A stretch of DNA of 51,055 nucleotides from a virus. A model generated the notes under the pieces. It worked only from the letters and a program-made list of their open reading frames with translations, had not been told where the DNA came from and made no database searches. The translations under genes and the position numbers were made by a program. The stretch lies in the IMG/VR virus record IMGVR_UViG_3300000115_000001. One strand, 5' to 3'. Of the stretch, positions 6,852 to 15,789 are shown in pieces; position 1 is the stretch's first letter, and each line of letters begins with the position of its first letter.

Positions 6852-8524
6852 TGACGGACGAATCACCACTTTTAAAATCACTCAAGAAGGAATACAGCCG
6901 AGCCACCCTTACTCGCTCCACTTGGCAGGACCACTGGCAGCAACTGCGCCGCTGGTGTCGTCCGAACTCACCTGACTTTTCCTCCTCAACAACCAGTCCT
7001 CTTAAGGGAGATCGTCGGAATGACGAGATCTACGACTCGACAGCCCCTTGGGCTCTTGAACAATTTGCTTCTGGACTGAGTTCTGTATTAACCGATATGT
7101 CAACGCGCTGGTTTGGTATCGCCGTCCAGGGGGTTCCCATGAAGGAACTGTCTCGTGAGGAGAATCAATTCCTTGAAGACGTTTCCGAGAGGATCTATTT
7201 CGAGTTCGCATTACCTGACTCAAACACATATACGACCTTAAACGAGAACTATCTTGAAATAGGTGCATTTGGCACTTGTTGTCAGTATCAGTATTGGGAT
7301 TTCAATGACAGGATGACGAAATTCCGCGCGTGCCCATTGGCAGATTGCTTCTTTATCGAAAACGCACAAGGCGTAATCGATAAAGTCTTTTACCGCCGGA
7401 CCTTTACTACTCGGCAGCTATTGGACGAGTGGCCTCATCTGGAGCAAGAGTTCTCCGATGATCCTGGTAAGTTTAAGGAAGAACGTGACTGGGAGATCGT
7501 TCACGCGGTGTTCCCACGCGAAGAACGCAATATCGATTCATTCCTGGCCAAGAACAAGAAGTTTGCTGCATTTTACTTTTCTCCAGACCTCCCCGTAGTT
7601 ATTGAGGAGTCTGGCTTTGACTACTTTCCGTATAATACAGCCCGCTGGACTAAGATTGCTGGTGAGACCTATGGTCGTTCCCCTGGAATGAACGTCTTGC
7701 CCGACATCAGAACAGTCAACCAGATGCAAAAGGAACTGCTTGTCTCTGCCCAATTGGCAAACTTTCCACCCATCGTAGCCGAGGATGAATCCTTGCTTAC
7801 TCCACTGGCTGATACTAAAGGGTCTAACCTGACCCTTACCCCCAAGTCCATCATCTGGAAGGAACAGGGGGCGGAATTTCCACAAGCACTCAACTCTGGA
7901 ATGCAACCTCAGCTTACGCTGGAGATGCTGGAAGGATTGCGTGAGTCCATTACCCGAGCATTCTTTGTAAATCACCTTATCCGTGCGAAGAAGAAGGAAC
8001 GTCAGACTACCACTGAGATTCTGGACGAGCGTGGCGAAATGATGCGCCAGCTCCAACCCCAGTTTGGTCGAATCAACTCCGAGTTATTGGACAACATGAT
8101 TAAGACTTCTTACTTCCTACTGGATAACGCCAATGAGCTTCCTGAGCCTCCGTCGTCGTTAGCGGGTCGTAAGCTGGAAATTGTTTACTTCTCTCCCGCA
8201 GCTAAGGCCCAACTAGGCACGAAGGCTCAGAATATTTCTGGTTTCTTACAGGACATCACTCCACTGATTAACGTGGAGCCCGCGATCACTCAGGAAATTG
8301 AGTGGTCCGAGATCATGAGCGAGTATGCTATCGCTCGGGATATCCCTGTTAAGGTAATCAAATCACCGGAGCAACGTGAGTCTGAAAAGGCCGCTGCTCA
8401 AGAACAAGCTGCACAGCAGCAACAAATGGAAGCAGCTCCCGCTATGGCTGGAGCTGTGAAAGACATCGCGGACGCCCGCGAAAAAGACCCAAACCTTATC
8501 CCCGAACTTAGCGGACTATTGTAA
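6851..8524 (+). CDS. Portal (head-tail connector) protein
   Basis: 557 aa, located between TerL and scaffold/capsid, with a Gln/Ala/Glu-rich C-terminal tail. Size is comparable to T7 gp8. Confidence 0.8.
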   Translation: MTDESPLLKSLKKEYSRATLTRSTWQDHWQQLRRWCRPNSPDFSSSTTSPLKGDRRNDEIYDSTAPWALEQFASGLSSVLTDMSTRWFGIAVQGVPMKELSREENQFLEDVSERIYFEFALPDSNTYTTLNENYLEIGAFGTCCQYQYWDFNDRMTKFRACPLADCFFIENAQGVIDKVFYRRTFTTRQLLDEWPHLEQEFSDDPGKFKEERDWEIVHAVFPREERNIDSFLAKNKKFAAFYFSPDLPVVIEESGFDYFPYNTARWTKIAGETYGRSPGMNVLPDIRTVNQMQKELLVSAQLANFPPIVAEDESLLTPLADTKGSNLTLTPKSIIWKEQGAEFPQALNSGMQPQLTLEMLEGLRESITRAFFVNHLIRAKKKERQTTTEILDERGEMMRQLQPQFGRINSELLDNMIKTSYFLLDNANELPEPPSSLAGRKLEIVYFSPAAKAQLGTKAQNISGFLQDITPLINVEPAITQEIEWSEIMSEYAIARDIPVKVIKSPEQRESEKAAAQEQAAQQQQMEAAPAMAGAVKDIADAREKDPNLIPELSGLL

Positions 8525-8814
8525 TGAAAAGTATAGTTACCTGGAAGCGGAAACGCGACCTACGTGACGCAATGCTGAAACTGAAAGAAGCTGATCCCGT
8601 GAGCTGGGATCTTTTCTTGACACAGCTACTGCGCGACACGAGAGTCATTCCACCTAGATTCTTTAAAGATAAAACTGAACTCGTTGCCGGAGAAGCCCTC
8701 CGCCGACTGGGAATGGGCTATCTACAAATTCTCGCTGAGGATGATCCTCAGTCAATTATAACACGCTTAGAAGAAACTCAAAATGAAGGACATCCACAGA
8801 CCTATGCTTCGTGA
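8524..8814 (+). CDS. Hypothetical protein, 96 aa
   Basis: ATG overlaps the portal stop (TAATG). No motif recognised. Confidence 0.6.
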   Translation: MKSIVTWKRKRDLRDAMLKLKEADPVSWDLFLTQLLRDTRVIPPRFFKDKTELVAGEALRRLGMGYLQILAEDDPQSIITRLEETQNEGHPQTYAS

Positions 8815-9733
8815 AGAAGAAGTAGCCGTTGAACAACAAGAAGCTGGACCAGCTCTTGGAACCGCAGAAGCCCCAGAATTTGAAGCCACACCTGAAGTGT
8901 GGAATTCAATGGTAGGCTCTCTGCCCGAAGAAATGCGAGCTGCCCCTGTGTTACAGGAGACCAAGGACTTCGAGTCCTTTGTAAATCAACACCTGAATCA
9001 ACAAAAGTTGATTGGGAAGAACACCATCGCGGAACCCCAGGAAGACTGGACCGATGACCAGTGGGGAGACCTCTATGGTAAGCTCGGTCGTCCTGAAGAC
9101 TCAAGTGGTTACTTCGGTGATGAGGAAGGAATCAAAGCTTTGAATACTGAGATTAAGGAAAAGTTCGGAGAGTCTACTCCCGACCTTAATCCAGAAGAAC
9201 TGGGCCAGTGGGCGGAAACTTTTCATAAGGCCGGAACCAACCCCAAACAGGCGCGTGAGCTTCTCGACAAGTATGTAGAAGTGAAGACTGCCGAAATCAC
9301 TGCTGCAAATGAACAAGCTAACGAGATCATTGCTGAGAACATCGGGGCTCTCCGTCAAAAGTGGGGGGATAGCTACAACGCCAATAAGGATATGGCCAAT
9401 CAGGCTTTTGATAAGCTTGCTCCGGACGCTCTTAAAGCTCTTGTTAGTGAGAACTCGGTCTTGGCGAATAACGAGGGATTCCTCTCTTTGTTCCACACAC
9501 TCGGACTTGAGATCGCTGGCGGGACTCAGACGCAAGGAGGAAGATCCACACCTGGATTCACTCCTAACTCGCCCGCTGCGGCTGAAGCCGAACTCGCGAC
9601 GATTGAGGCGAACCACGGGACACTGATTAATACTGACCCGAATGGCCTGAATATGGCGGAACGAGCAAAGCGTCAGTCCATCCTGGATAGGCAGATGGAA
9701 CTATATAAACTGAAATATCCAGAAGAAAGTTAA
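8783..9733 (+). CDS. Scaffolding protein (start 8783 or 8804)
   Basis: 316 aa, strongly acidic with helical Ala/Glu/Gln-rich composition, directly upstream of the major capsid gene. Confidence 0.65.
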   Translation: MKDIHRPMLREEEVAVEQQEAGPALGTAEAPEFEATPEVWNSMVGSLPEEMRAAPVLQETKDFESFVNQHLNQQKLIGKNTIAEPQEDWTDDQWGDLYGKLGRPEDSSGYFGDEEGIKALNTEIKEKFGESTPDLNPEELGQWAETFHKAGTNPKQARELLDKYVEVKTAEITAANEQANEIIAENIGALRQKWGDSYNANKDMANQAFDKLAPDALKALVSENSVLANNEGFLSLFHTLGLEIAGGTQTQGGRSTPGFTPNSPAAAEAELATIEANHGTLINTDPNGLNMAERAKRQSILDRQMELYKLKYPEES

Positions 9734-9757
9734 TTTTTTGCTTGAATAACTCTCCCC

Positions 9758-9801
9758 AGGGGCTACTCCTTTTATACGAAGGGTAGCCCCTCTTCATTTT
9801 T
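9758..9801 (+). terminator. Rho-independent terminator/attenuator between the scaffold and capsid genes
   Basis: AGGGGCTAC...GTAGCCCCT stem (9 bp, extendable to 11) followed by CTTCATTTTT. Confidence 0.7.
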
Positions 9802-9915
9802 GGGGTCCGTCTACGCTCAGAGAGCCCTTGGCCAACGGTAAGGCAAGAATGAGTCCGATTTCGGGCAGCTCAGACGAAAATCTAACTATCATTCTAATAT
9901 CAACCAAACAATACA

Positions 9916-10932
9916 ATGGCTGAAGTAACTGGAGCAGTAGCTATTACTACTGCATATGTTAATCGGTATCGTTCTGGGTTTGACCAAGCTTTCCAGCAAG
10001 GGGACTCCATCTTGAGTCCTTTCGTTGAGCATGAGACACAATCCTCAGAATTCGACTACTACGACCGTATTGGTGAAGCTGATGAAATGACTGAGGATTT
10101 GACTCGCTATGGCGATAATCCAATTTCGGAAATCCCGCACGATCGGAGACGTATCGGGCTTAAGGACTACGAACTGGGTAAATACGTAGACGAAAAAGAC
10201 CTCATGCGTGTCATCACTGACCCAATGAACCCCTATTCCCAAGCTATGATGGCTTCCGGACAACGAAAGAAAGATGATGTCATCTTCGATCGTATGTATG
10301 GAACCGCATACACGGGTAAAGCTGGTGGCACATCTGTAACCTGGGTCTCCGCACCTTCCTCTGGGAAGATCAATGTTGGAGAAATCTCAAAAGGTTCTAG
10401 TAACCCCATCACTGCTGCTGGTGACTATACGCTGGACGCAGGTAATGTTGAAGGTATTGTCGTTGCACACGACTATACTGGTGTAGGAGTAACTCCTGCC
10501 GCCGCCAACATCAACCTGGCAAAGCTAAAAGCCATCCGCTTCACAATGATGCGCCTTGAAGCCATTAATCAGGACAGCGTTCTGAATGTCTTCATGAGCT
10601 ACTCCCAATTCCAAGCTATGCTCGGAATCGACGAAGTTATCAATTCCGACTACAGTGTTCGTAAGAACCTTGCAGAAGGTAACGTAACTACGTTCTTGGG
10701 TTTCCGTTTCATCCACTCGGAACGTGTTCCTGTGGATAGCAATGGATACCGCCGCTGTTTGGTCTGTCTTCCGAAGGCATTCAAGTTGGCGACTGCAAAG
10801 TCCCTGACTCTGGATCTCTGGAGAGACAGTGCCAAGAAAAACATCCCATACATGTATATGAAACAGTCTATCGACGGTTCTCGTATGTGGGGTGAGGTTG
10901 CTGCTGAAATGCTCTGTGACGAAACCGTTTAA
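9916..10932 (+). CDS. Major capsid protein
   Basis: 338 aa (T7 gp10A is of similar size). It follows the scaffold gene, has a 182-nt leader, and is bracketed by terminators. Confidence 0.8.
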   Translation: MAEVTGAVAITTAYVNRYRSGFDQAFQQGDSILSPFVEHETQSSEFDYYDRIGEADEMTEDLTRYGDNPISEIPHDRRRIGLKDYELGKYVDEKDLMRVITDPMNPYSQAMMASGQRKKDDVIFDRMYGTAYTGKAGGTSVTWVSAPSSGKINVGEISKGSSNPITAAGDYTLDAGNVEGIVVAHDYTGVGVTPAAANINLAKLKAIRFTMMRLEAINQDSVLNVFMSYSQFQAMLGIDEVINSDYSVRKNLAEGNVTTFLGFRFIHSERVPVDSNGYRRCLVCLPKAFKLATAKSLTLDLWRDSAKKNIPYMYMKQSIDGSRMWGEVAAEMLCDETV

Positions 10933-10956
10933 TTCTAAATTGAAAGGAAAACTATC

Positions 10957-11427
10957 ATGGCAACTGTAAAATCAGATCAAGTAACTAATATCACGGCGGA
11001 GCCTCGCACTCTGCTTCAACCAAACGAAGAAGGCCGCGTATATCGTGCCTACTTCTCTGTAACTGTTGCAGGAACCGAAACGATCGACACCGACGTTTGG
11101 GAACTTGCTCGCTTACCTAAAGGCGTTCGCGTCCTGGGTGGTCGTCTAATTCACACGGATCTTGGATCTGCTGGGGACATCGACATCGACCTGGGTCATC
11201 GTCCTGTAGATGGCACTGGGGGAGACCCTGATGCGTTTACGGCGACTGCAATCGCTGGACTAGGTGCAGGTGCAGGTCAGATCTCTTGGGGTGATGACGT
11301 AGTAGGAGACTTTGGTGTGGAAATCACTGAAGATTCTTATCTCGTTGGTTCATTACTCGATGGTGGATCTGGCGTATTGCAAGCTGGATCATTCAAGGGT
11401 TACGTAGATTATCTCCTGGGTGAGTAA
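10957..11427 (+). CDS. Hypothetical Gly/Asp-rich structural protein, 156 aa; possible capsid decoration or minor capsid protein
   Basis: It sits between the capsid gene and a terminator, in the same transcription unit as the capsid gene. Confidence 0.6.
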   Translation: MATVKSDQVTNITAEPRTLLQPNEEGRVYRAYFSVTVAGTETIDTDVWELARLPKGVRVLGGRLIHTDLGSAGDIDIDLGHRPVDGTGGDPDAFTATAIAGLGAGAGQISWGDDVVGDFGVEITEDSYLVGSLLDGGSGVLQAGSFKGYVDYLLGE

Positions 11428-11462
11428 TTTTGGGTAACTGAGACAACTAAGCTCGATGGGTG

Positions 11463-11493
11463 GGAAGGGCTAAGGCCCTTCCTGCCTATTTTC
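11463..11493 (+). terminator. Rho-independent terminator after the capsid unit
   Basis: GGAAGGGC-taag-GCCCTTCC followed by TGCCTATTTTC. Confidence 0.7.
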
Positions 11494-11501
11494 TACAAAT
11501 T

Positions 11502-12119
11502 ATGATGACAGAAGTTCAGATCGCCAACAGGGCGTTAGACGAAATTGGTAAAGGAGAACTCAGCACAATGGCTGATGTATCGTCCACAGGTTCTCTCGTT
11601 CGAAGACACTTTGATTCTGTTATCCGGTCTATTATGGCCGAACCCGATTGGTGGGAGTTCGATGTAACTCTTAAAATGAATCCCCAACCGGATGTCGTAT
11701 ATGACGGCACTACTAATACCCATAGATATCGCTACGATCTACCCAACAGGGTAATCATCAAGGGTATCATGGATGAAAATTTCTATTCCATCACCGACTA
11801 CAAGCCGGAGAAGGACTTTATCTATACTGAGTATAATCCAATCTACCTCGTCTACGTTGCTCCGGTAACTACCTTTCCTGAGTATATCGGAGATGCTATG
11901 GTATATAAGCTTGCTGCTGCCATGTCCAAGAAGGGCGAAGGCAACAAGTCGAAGACTCAGTTGCTCCAGGAATACAAGTCGTTCCTTTCAACTGCTCGCA
12001 AGCAGTCTAAGCGTCAGCGACCACCTCGTTACTACGCTACTGGAACTCCTTACTCGTATATCGATGCGAGAACTGGACTGAACCCAGCAGACTATCCACC
12101 CAACACCTTTGGTCCGTAA
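11502..12119 (+). CDS. Tail tubular protein A / gatekeeper (T7 gp11-like)
   Basis: From the ATG after the terminator, MMTEVQIANRALDEIGKGELSTM resembles the T7 gp11 N-terminal region AVNDILASIGEPPVSTL. 205 aa versus 196 aa. Confidence 0.7.
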   Translation: MMTEVQIANRALDEIGKGELSTMADVSSTGSLVRRHFDSVIRSIMAEPDWWEFDVTLKMNPQPDVVYDGTTNTHRYRYDLPNRVIIKGIMDENFYSITDYKPEKDFIYTEYNPIYLVYVAPVTTFPEYIGDAMVYKLAAAMSKKGEGNKSKTQLLQEYKSFLSTARKQSKRQRPPRYYATGTPYSYIDARTGLNPADYPPNTFGP

Positions 12120-15100
12120 TGCCTAATGTCATTCAAACAAACATCTCGGCTGGAAAGATCGGTAAGAAAATCCGAGGACGGATTGACAACCCTAAATTCC
12201 TTAATGGACTGGATGAGTGTAAGGACTTCATCCCTTTTATTCAGGGTGGCGGAACTAGACGACCAGGCACTGTTCGTATTTCTGATTCTATTGTTAGCTT
12301 TGTAGCTTACGATAATGGCCGAATGATTGGCATCAGTGTTGATGATACTGATGACTACTACTTCCTTGATATGGGAGCTGGGAATCTGCGCGTGCTTCGG
12401 AGTGACGACACCGCTACTACTGTTACTGGTGCTCAAGCTCTGACTGCCACAGACAAAGTAGATATTGTAGCTACCCTTGCCCTTCCATATACGGATACAG
12501 AGATCCCAGATGTCTATGTAAACGCTATTGGTCGAGACCAGATTTACTTTACGCATAAGAACCATGAGCCACGAGTTCTGGAGACTATCGGTTGGACACT
12601 TTCAACTGTTCCCTTCACCAGTCATCCCTATGTTAAGTTAGATGACACCAATACAGAACTGAAGATCACCAATGAATCGGAGATCATCGCTTTGAGTTCA
12701 GATGCTACTGAAAACTGGGCTACCGCACACACTGCTGCCAGTAATGACTTTAACGCCAACGTCACATATATTGAGTATAAGGTAGATAATGAGTATCTAC
12801 TGGGGAGATGTCTTGATTCCAATACTACTCCCGCTGCTACAGATCCAACTGCCTCCAAGATCTATATCGATCCTGTCGAGGCTGTAGTTGTTGGTCTGGA
12901 CCCATCTGCTCGCATGGTAGCCATTGGCTCCGCTGATGCTGACGCAGACAATGACGAGTTCCGCTCTAATGCTCTTGTTTGGAACTACGACATGAAAGGA
13001 GCATACGTTCGTATCGCTTCTGAGTATGACCAGATTCGTGATACCACATATGCTGATGGTGAAGTCAAGTGGGGTAAGGTCTCCGAATACCTTGGTGGCA
13101 AAGATGTGCCGACAAAGTTCCTTTCCGGTGCCGTTACTTTTGATGACTTCGACTTGGCTCATGTGTATAAGATTACAACATTGGGAACTCTCTCTGTGAC
13201 TGTGGCCGCTCCAGTAGATAAAACTCTCCCTGCGCCCTACATTGATTGGACCAATGGATTTACTTATACCACACTTGGTGACCAGTTTTCGTGGCAAAAC
13301 CATTCCCGAGTTAATGCCAGTTCCTCAACTACACGGCTGGATGATATGTCTAGCCTGAAGACTTTCGACGTAGTAGAGGTAGAAGCGTTCCTGGAAACCT
13401 CCGCTGGAGCAACCAGTGACCGTCTTGTTCTACAACCCACAGGGAATATCACTGTTCTGGATAAGGACACAGACACTGCTGGAACCGCAGCACACAGTGC
13501 AACCATCACTGCCTCCCGCACGGACACTTTCAAAGCATCCACCAATTGGGCTACCACCACTGCATATGTGGTTGGTGACTACAGATACGACTCTGTTGGT
13601 GGCATCTCCTATGAGTGCGTAGTTGCTCACACTTCTGGTGGTGGCACATTCGCAGCAGAAGATCAGAGCTACTGGAAAGCCAACGATATGTCTGGTCGCT
13701 TCCTTCAACTTCAATTTGGTAATGACTGGGTAACGGTAGAAGTCACTACTATCACTTCCGACACGGTAATTCAGGTGGAGGTATTGGGACCGATCCCTCG
13801 GGCCACTAATTCCCTGGAACCAACCGCATTTGTAAACGATGGCCAAACTTCAACTTGGCGGAAATCTGCGTGGGGCATTGATGACTATCCTCACACTGTT
13901 ACATTCTATGAGCAAAGAATCATTTTTGGTGGTAATCCGACATATCCGCACTACTTTTGGGCATCAAAGCTGGAGGATAATTTCGACTTTAGAATTGTTG
14001 AAAATAATGGCGAAGTATTGGATACCACTGCTATTACATACCCTCTTTCATCGACTGATTTGGCGGCCATTAAGTGGATGCAACCTGGTCCTACACTGGT
14101 TATCGGCACGGAGCAGAAAGAATGGCAGGTCAAGCCGAACTCCTTCGGACAAGCTTTGACCCAGACAAACATCCGTATCACCTCTGAGACAGAGATCGGT
14201 TCTGAGTCTCGCGCATTGCGAGCTGGTTCCAGTATCTTCTTCATCGAGAGAGGGGGCCGTGGATTCCGCGAACTCTATTTTGACTTCTCAGTCGATGGCT
14301 TTCGCACCCGCGACCTGCTCACGCTGTCTGATGACATCCTTGGGGATGATACTATCATCGACTTCGCTTATCAGAAGTTTCCAAATCAGTTGTTCTGGGT
14401 TGTTACCAGTTCTGGTAAAGTCCTGTCCTTCACCTATGACTCTGAGAATAACTTTTACTCTTGGGCTGAGCATGGCATTACCACTGCTAAGGCAGTTGGT
14501 GTCGCTCCACGCACAGGAGCTAATTATGCTGAAGACGCTGTTTGGTTCTCCACCAGCACTGGTGGTTCAGTCACTGGCTTCGGAACTGTGTGGGCACTGA
14601 GTAAGTCTTTCCAGCAACCCGTTTCTCCTGATGGCTATAACGGCACCATGATGTTCTTGGATAATGCCACTTGGTTCTCTGAGGATAATGGAGATACCGT
14701 CTCCGGTCTTACTGGCTTCACAGGACTATCCTGGTTGGCGGGATTTACTGTAGGTATCGTTATTGACGGAGTATATCGAGGAACACAGCAGGTAGATGCT
14801 TTCGGAACACTAACCCTCCCTGTCACCGCAGAATACAACGTGGCTATCGGCTTCATTGAGTTCAACTCGGTCCATATTAAAACACTGCCCCATGCCTCCG
14901 CTGGAGTAGCTGGACCCAACTGGGGACGCAATAAGAGATTCCGAAAGGTATTTGCTTATATGCTGGATTCAATGGGTGGCCTTGCTGGTGACGGAGTAGG
15001 CACTGCGGAAGAAATTAAGTATTTAAACCAAGAAACCCTGGTTCATGGGCAGACTCCGCTATTCTTCACAGGATTCAAGGAGCTTGACTATGACTGGGTA

Positions 15101-15193
15101 AGTGATGTAGATCCCCGTGTAGAAATCACCACAAACAAACCATACCCCCTAACTATTCTGTCATTGGGGTATGAAATGGAAAGTAACGAGTAA
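12119..15193 (+). CDS. Tail tubular protein B / nozzle (T7 gp12-like)
   Basis: 1,024 aa, coupled (TAATG) to the gp11-like gene. The segment VTFYEQRIIFGG...DNFDF resembles the gp12 region FFFRNRLGFLSG...KYFNFY. Confidence 0.7.
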   Translation: MPNVIQTNISAGKIGKKIRGRIDNPKFLNGLDECKDFIPFIQGGGTRRPGTVRISDSIVSFVAYDNGRMIGISVDDTDDYYFLDMGAGNLRVLRSDDTATTVTGAQALTATDKVDIVATLALPYTDTEIPDVYVNAIGRDQIYFTHKNHEPRVLETIGWTLSTVPFTSHPYVKLDDTNTELKITNESEIIALSSDATENWATAHTAASNDFNANVTYIEYKVDNEYLLGRCLDSNTTPAATDPTASKIYIDPVEAVVVGLDPSARMVAIGSADADADNDEFRSNALVWNYDMKGAYVRIASEYDQIRDTTYADGEVKWGKVSEYLGGKDVPTKFLSGAVTFDDFDLAHVYKITTLGTLSVTVAAPVDKTLPAPYIDWTNGFTYTTLGDQFSWQNHSRVNASSSTTRLDDMSSLKTFDVVEVEAFLETSAGATSDRLVLQPTGNITVLDKDTDTAGTAAHSATITASRTDTFKASTNWATTTAYVVGDYRYDSVGGISYECVVAHTSGGGTFAAEDQSYWKANDMSGRFLQLQFGNDWVTVEVTTITSDTVIQVEVLGPIPRATNSLEPTAFVNDGQTSTWRKSAWGIDDYPHTVTFYEQRIIFGGNPTYPHYFWASKLEDNFDFRIVENNGEVLDTTAITYPLSSTDLAAIKWMQPGPTLVIGTEQKEWQVKPNSFGQALTQTNIRITSETEIGSESRALRAGSSIFFIERGGRGFRELYFDFSVDGFRTRDLLTLSDDILGDDTIIDFAYQKFPNQLFWVVTSSGKVLSFTYDSENNFYSWAEHGITTAKAVGVAPRTGANYAEDAVWFSTSTGGSVTGFGTVWALSKSFQQPVSPDGYNGTMMFLDNATWFSEDNGDTVSGLTGFTGLSWLAGFTVGIVIDGVYRGTQQVDAFGTLTLPVTAEYNVAIGFIEFNSVHIKTLPHASAGVAGPNWGRNKRFRKVFAYMLDSMGGLAGDGVGTAEEIKYLNQETLVHGQTPLFFTGFKELDYDWVSDVDPRVEITTNKPYPLTILSLGYEMESNE

Positions 15194-15774
15194 TGGGACT
15201 AGAAACAGCAATAATCGCATTAACCGTAGCTCAAGGGGCAGCCAGCGTCGCTGGAACTCTGGAGGAGCGCAAAGCGGTGAAGCAGCAATCTCAAACGAAT
15301 GCCCGTATCGAACGTCGTAACGCTGTCCAGAAACAAGCCGACCTTAACACCAATGCATCCATCGAGGCAGCCAACCGTAAAGAAAAGGTTATGGACGCTG
15401 CTTCGTCCAGGCGTGACATTCAACGTCAGGCTCGCAAAAGATCAGCTCAAACGAAAGCTCAGTCTGCGAGACAGGGAGTCGCTGTGGGAAGTCCCTCATT
15501 GGACTCCGTTCTCCAAGACCAGGCAATCGAAGAAGAAATCGCTTTAAATGAAATCAAACTTGACCAAGGCAGATCGGGAGCCGCATCACGAAATCGTGAG
15601 CGAGTCTTCGATAGAGACGCGTTTGCAGTCCGAGAAATCGGCGAGACTAATGCACAAGCTATTATTGCTTCTGGTAAAAACAGAGCAAGGTCTCTTGGCT
15701 TACAAGCAATCGGCCAAGGACTCTCAACCGCTGCATCAGTCGGCACTATAAAAGCCGCTAACAAGAAGGACTAG
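15193..15774 (+). CDS. Internal virion protein A (gp14-like by size and position)
   Basis: 193 aa (T7 gp14 is 196 aa). Hydrophobic N-terminus followed by a Gln/Arg/Ala-rich helical region. TAATG coupling to the nozzle gene. Confidence 0.5.
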   Translation: MGLETAIIALTVAQGAASVAGTLEERKAVKQQSQTNARIERRNAVQKQADLNTNASIEAANRKEKVMDAASSRRDIQRQARKRSAQTKAQSARQGVAVGSPSLDSVLQDQAIEEEIALNEIKLDQGRSGAASRNRERVFDRDAFAVREIGETNAQAIIASGKNRARSLGLQAIGQGLSTAASVGTIKAANKKD

Positions 15775-15789
15775 CATCCAACAAATCCT

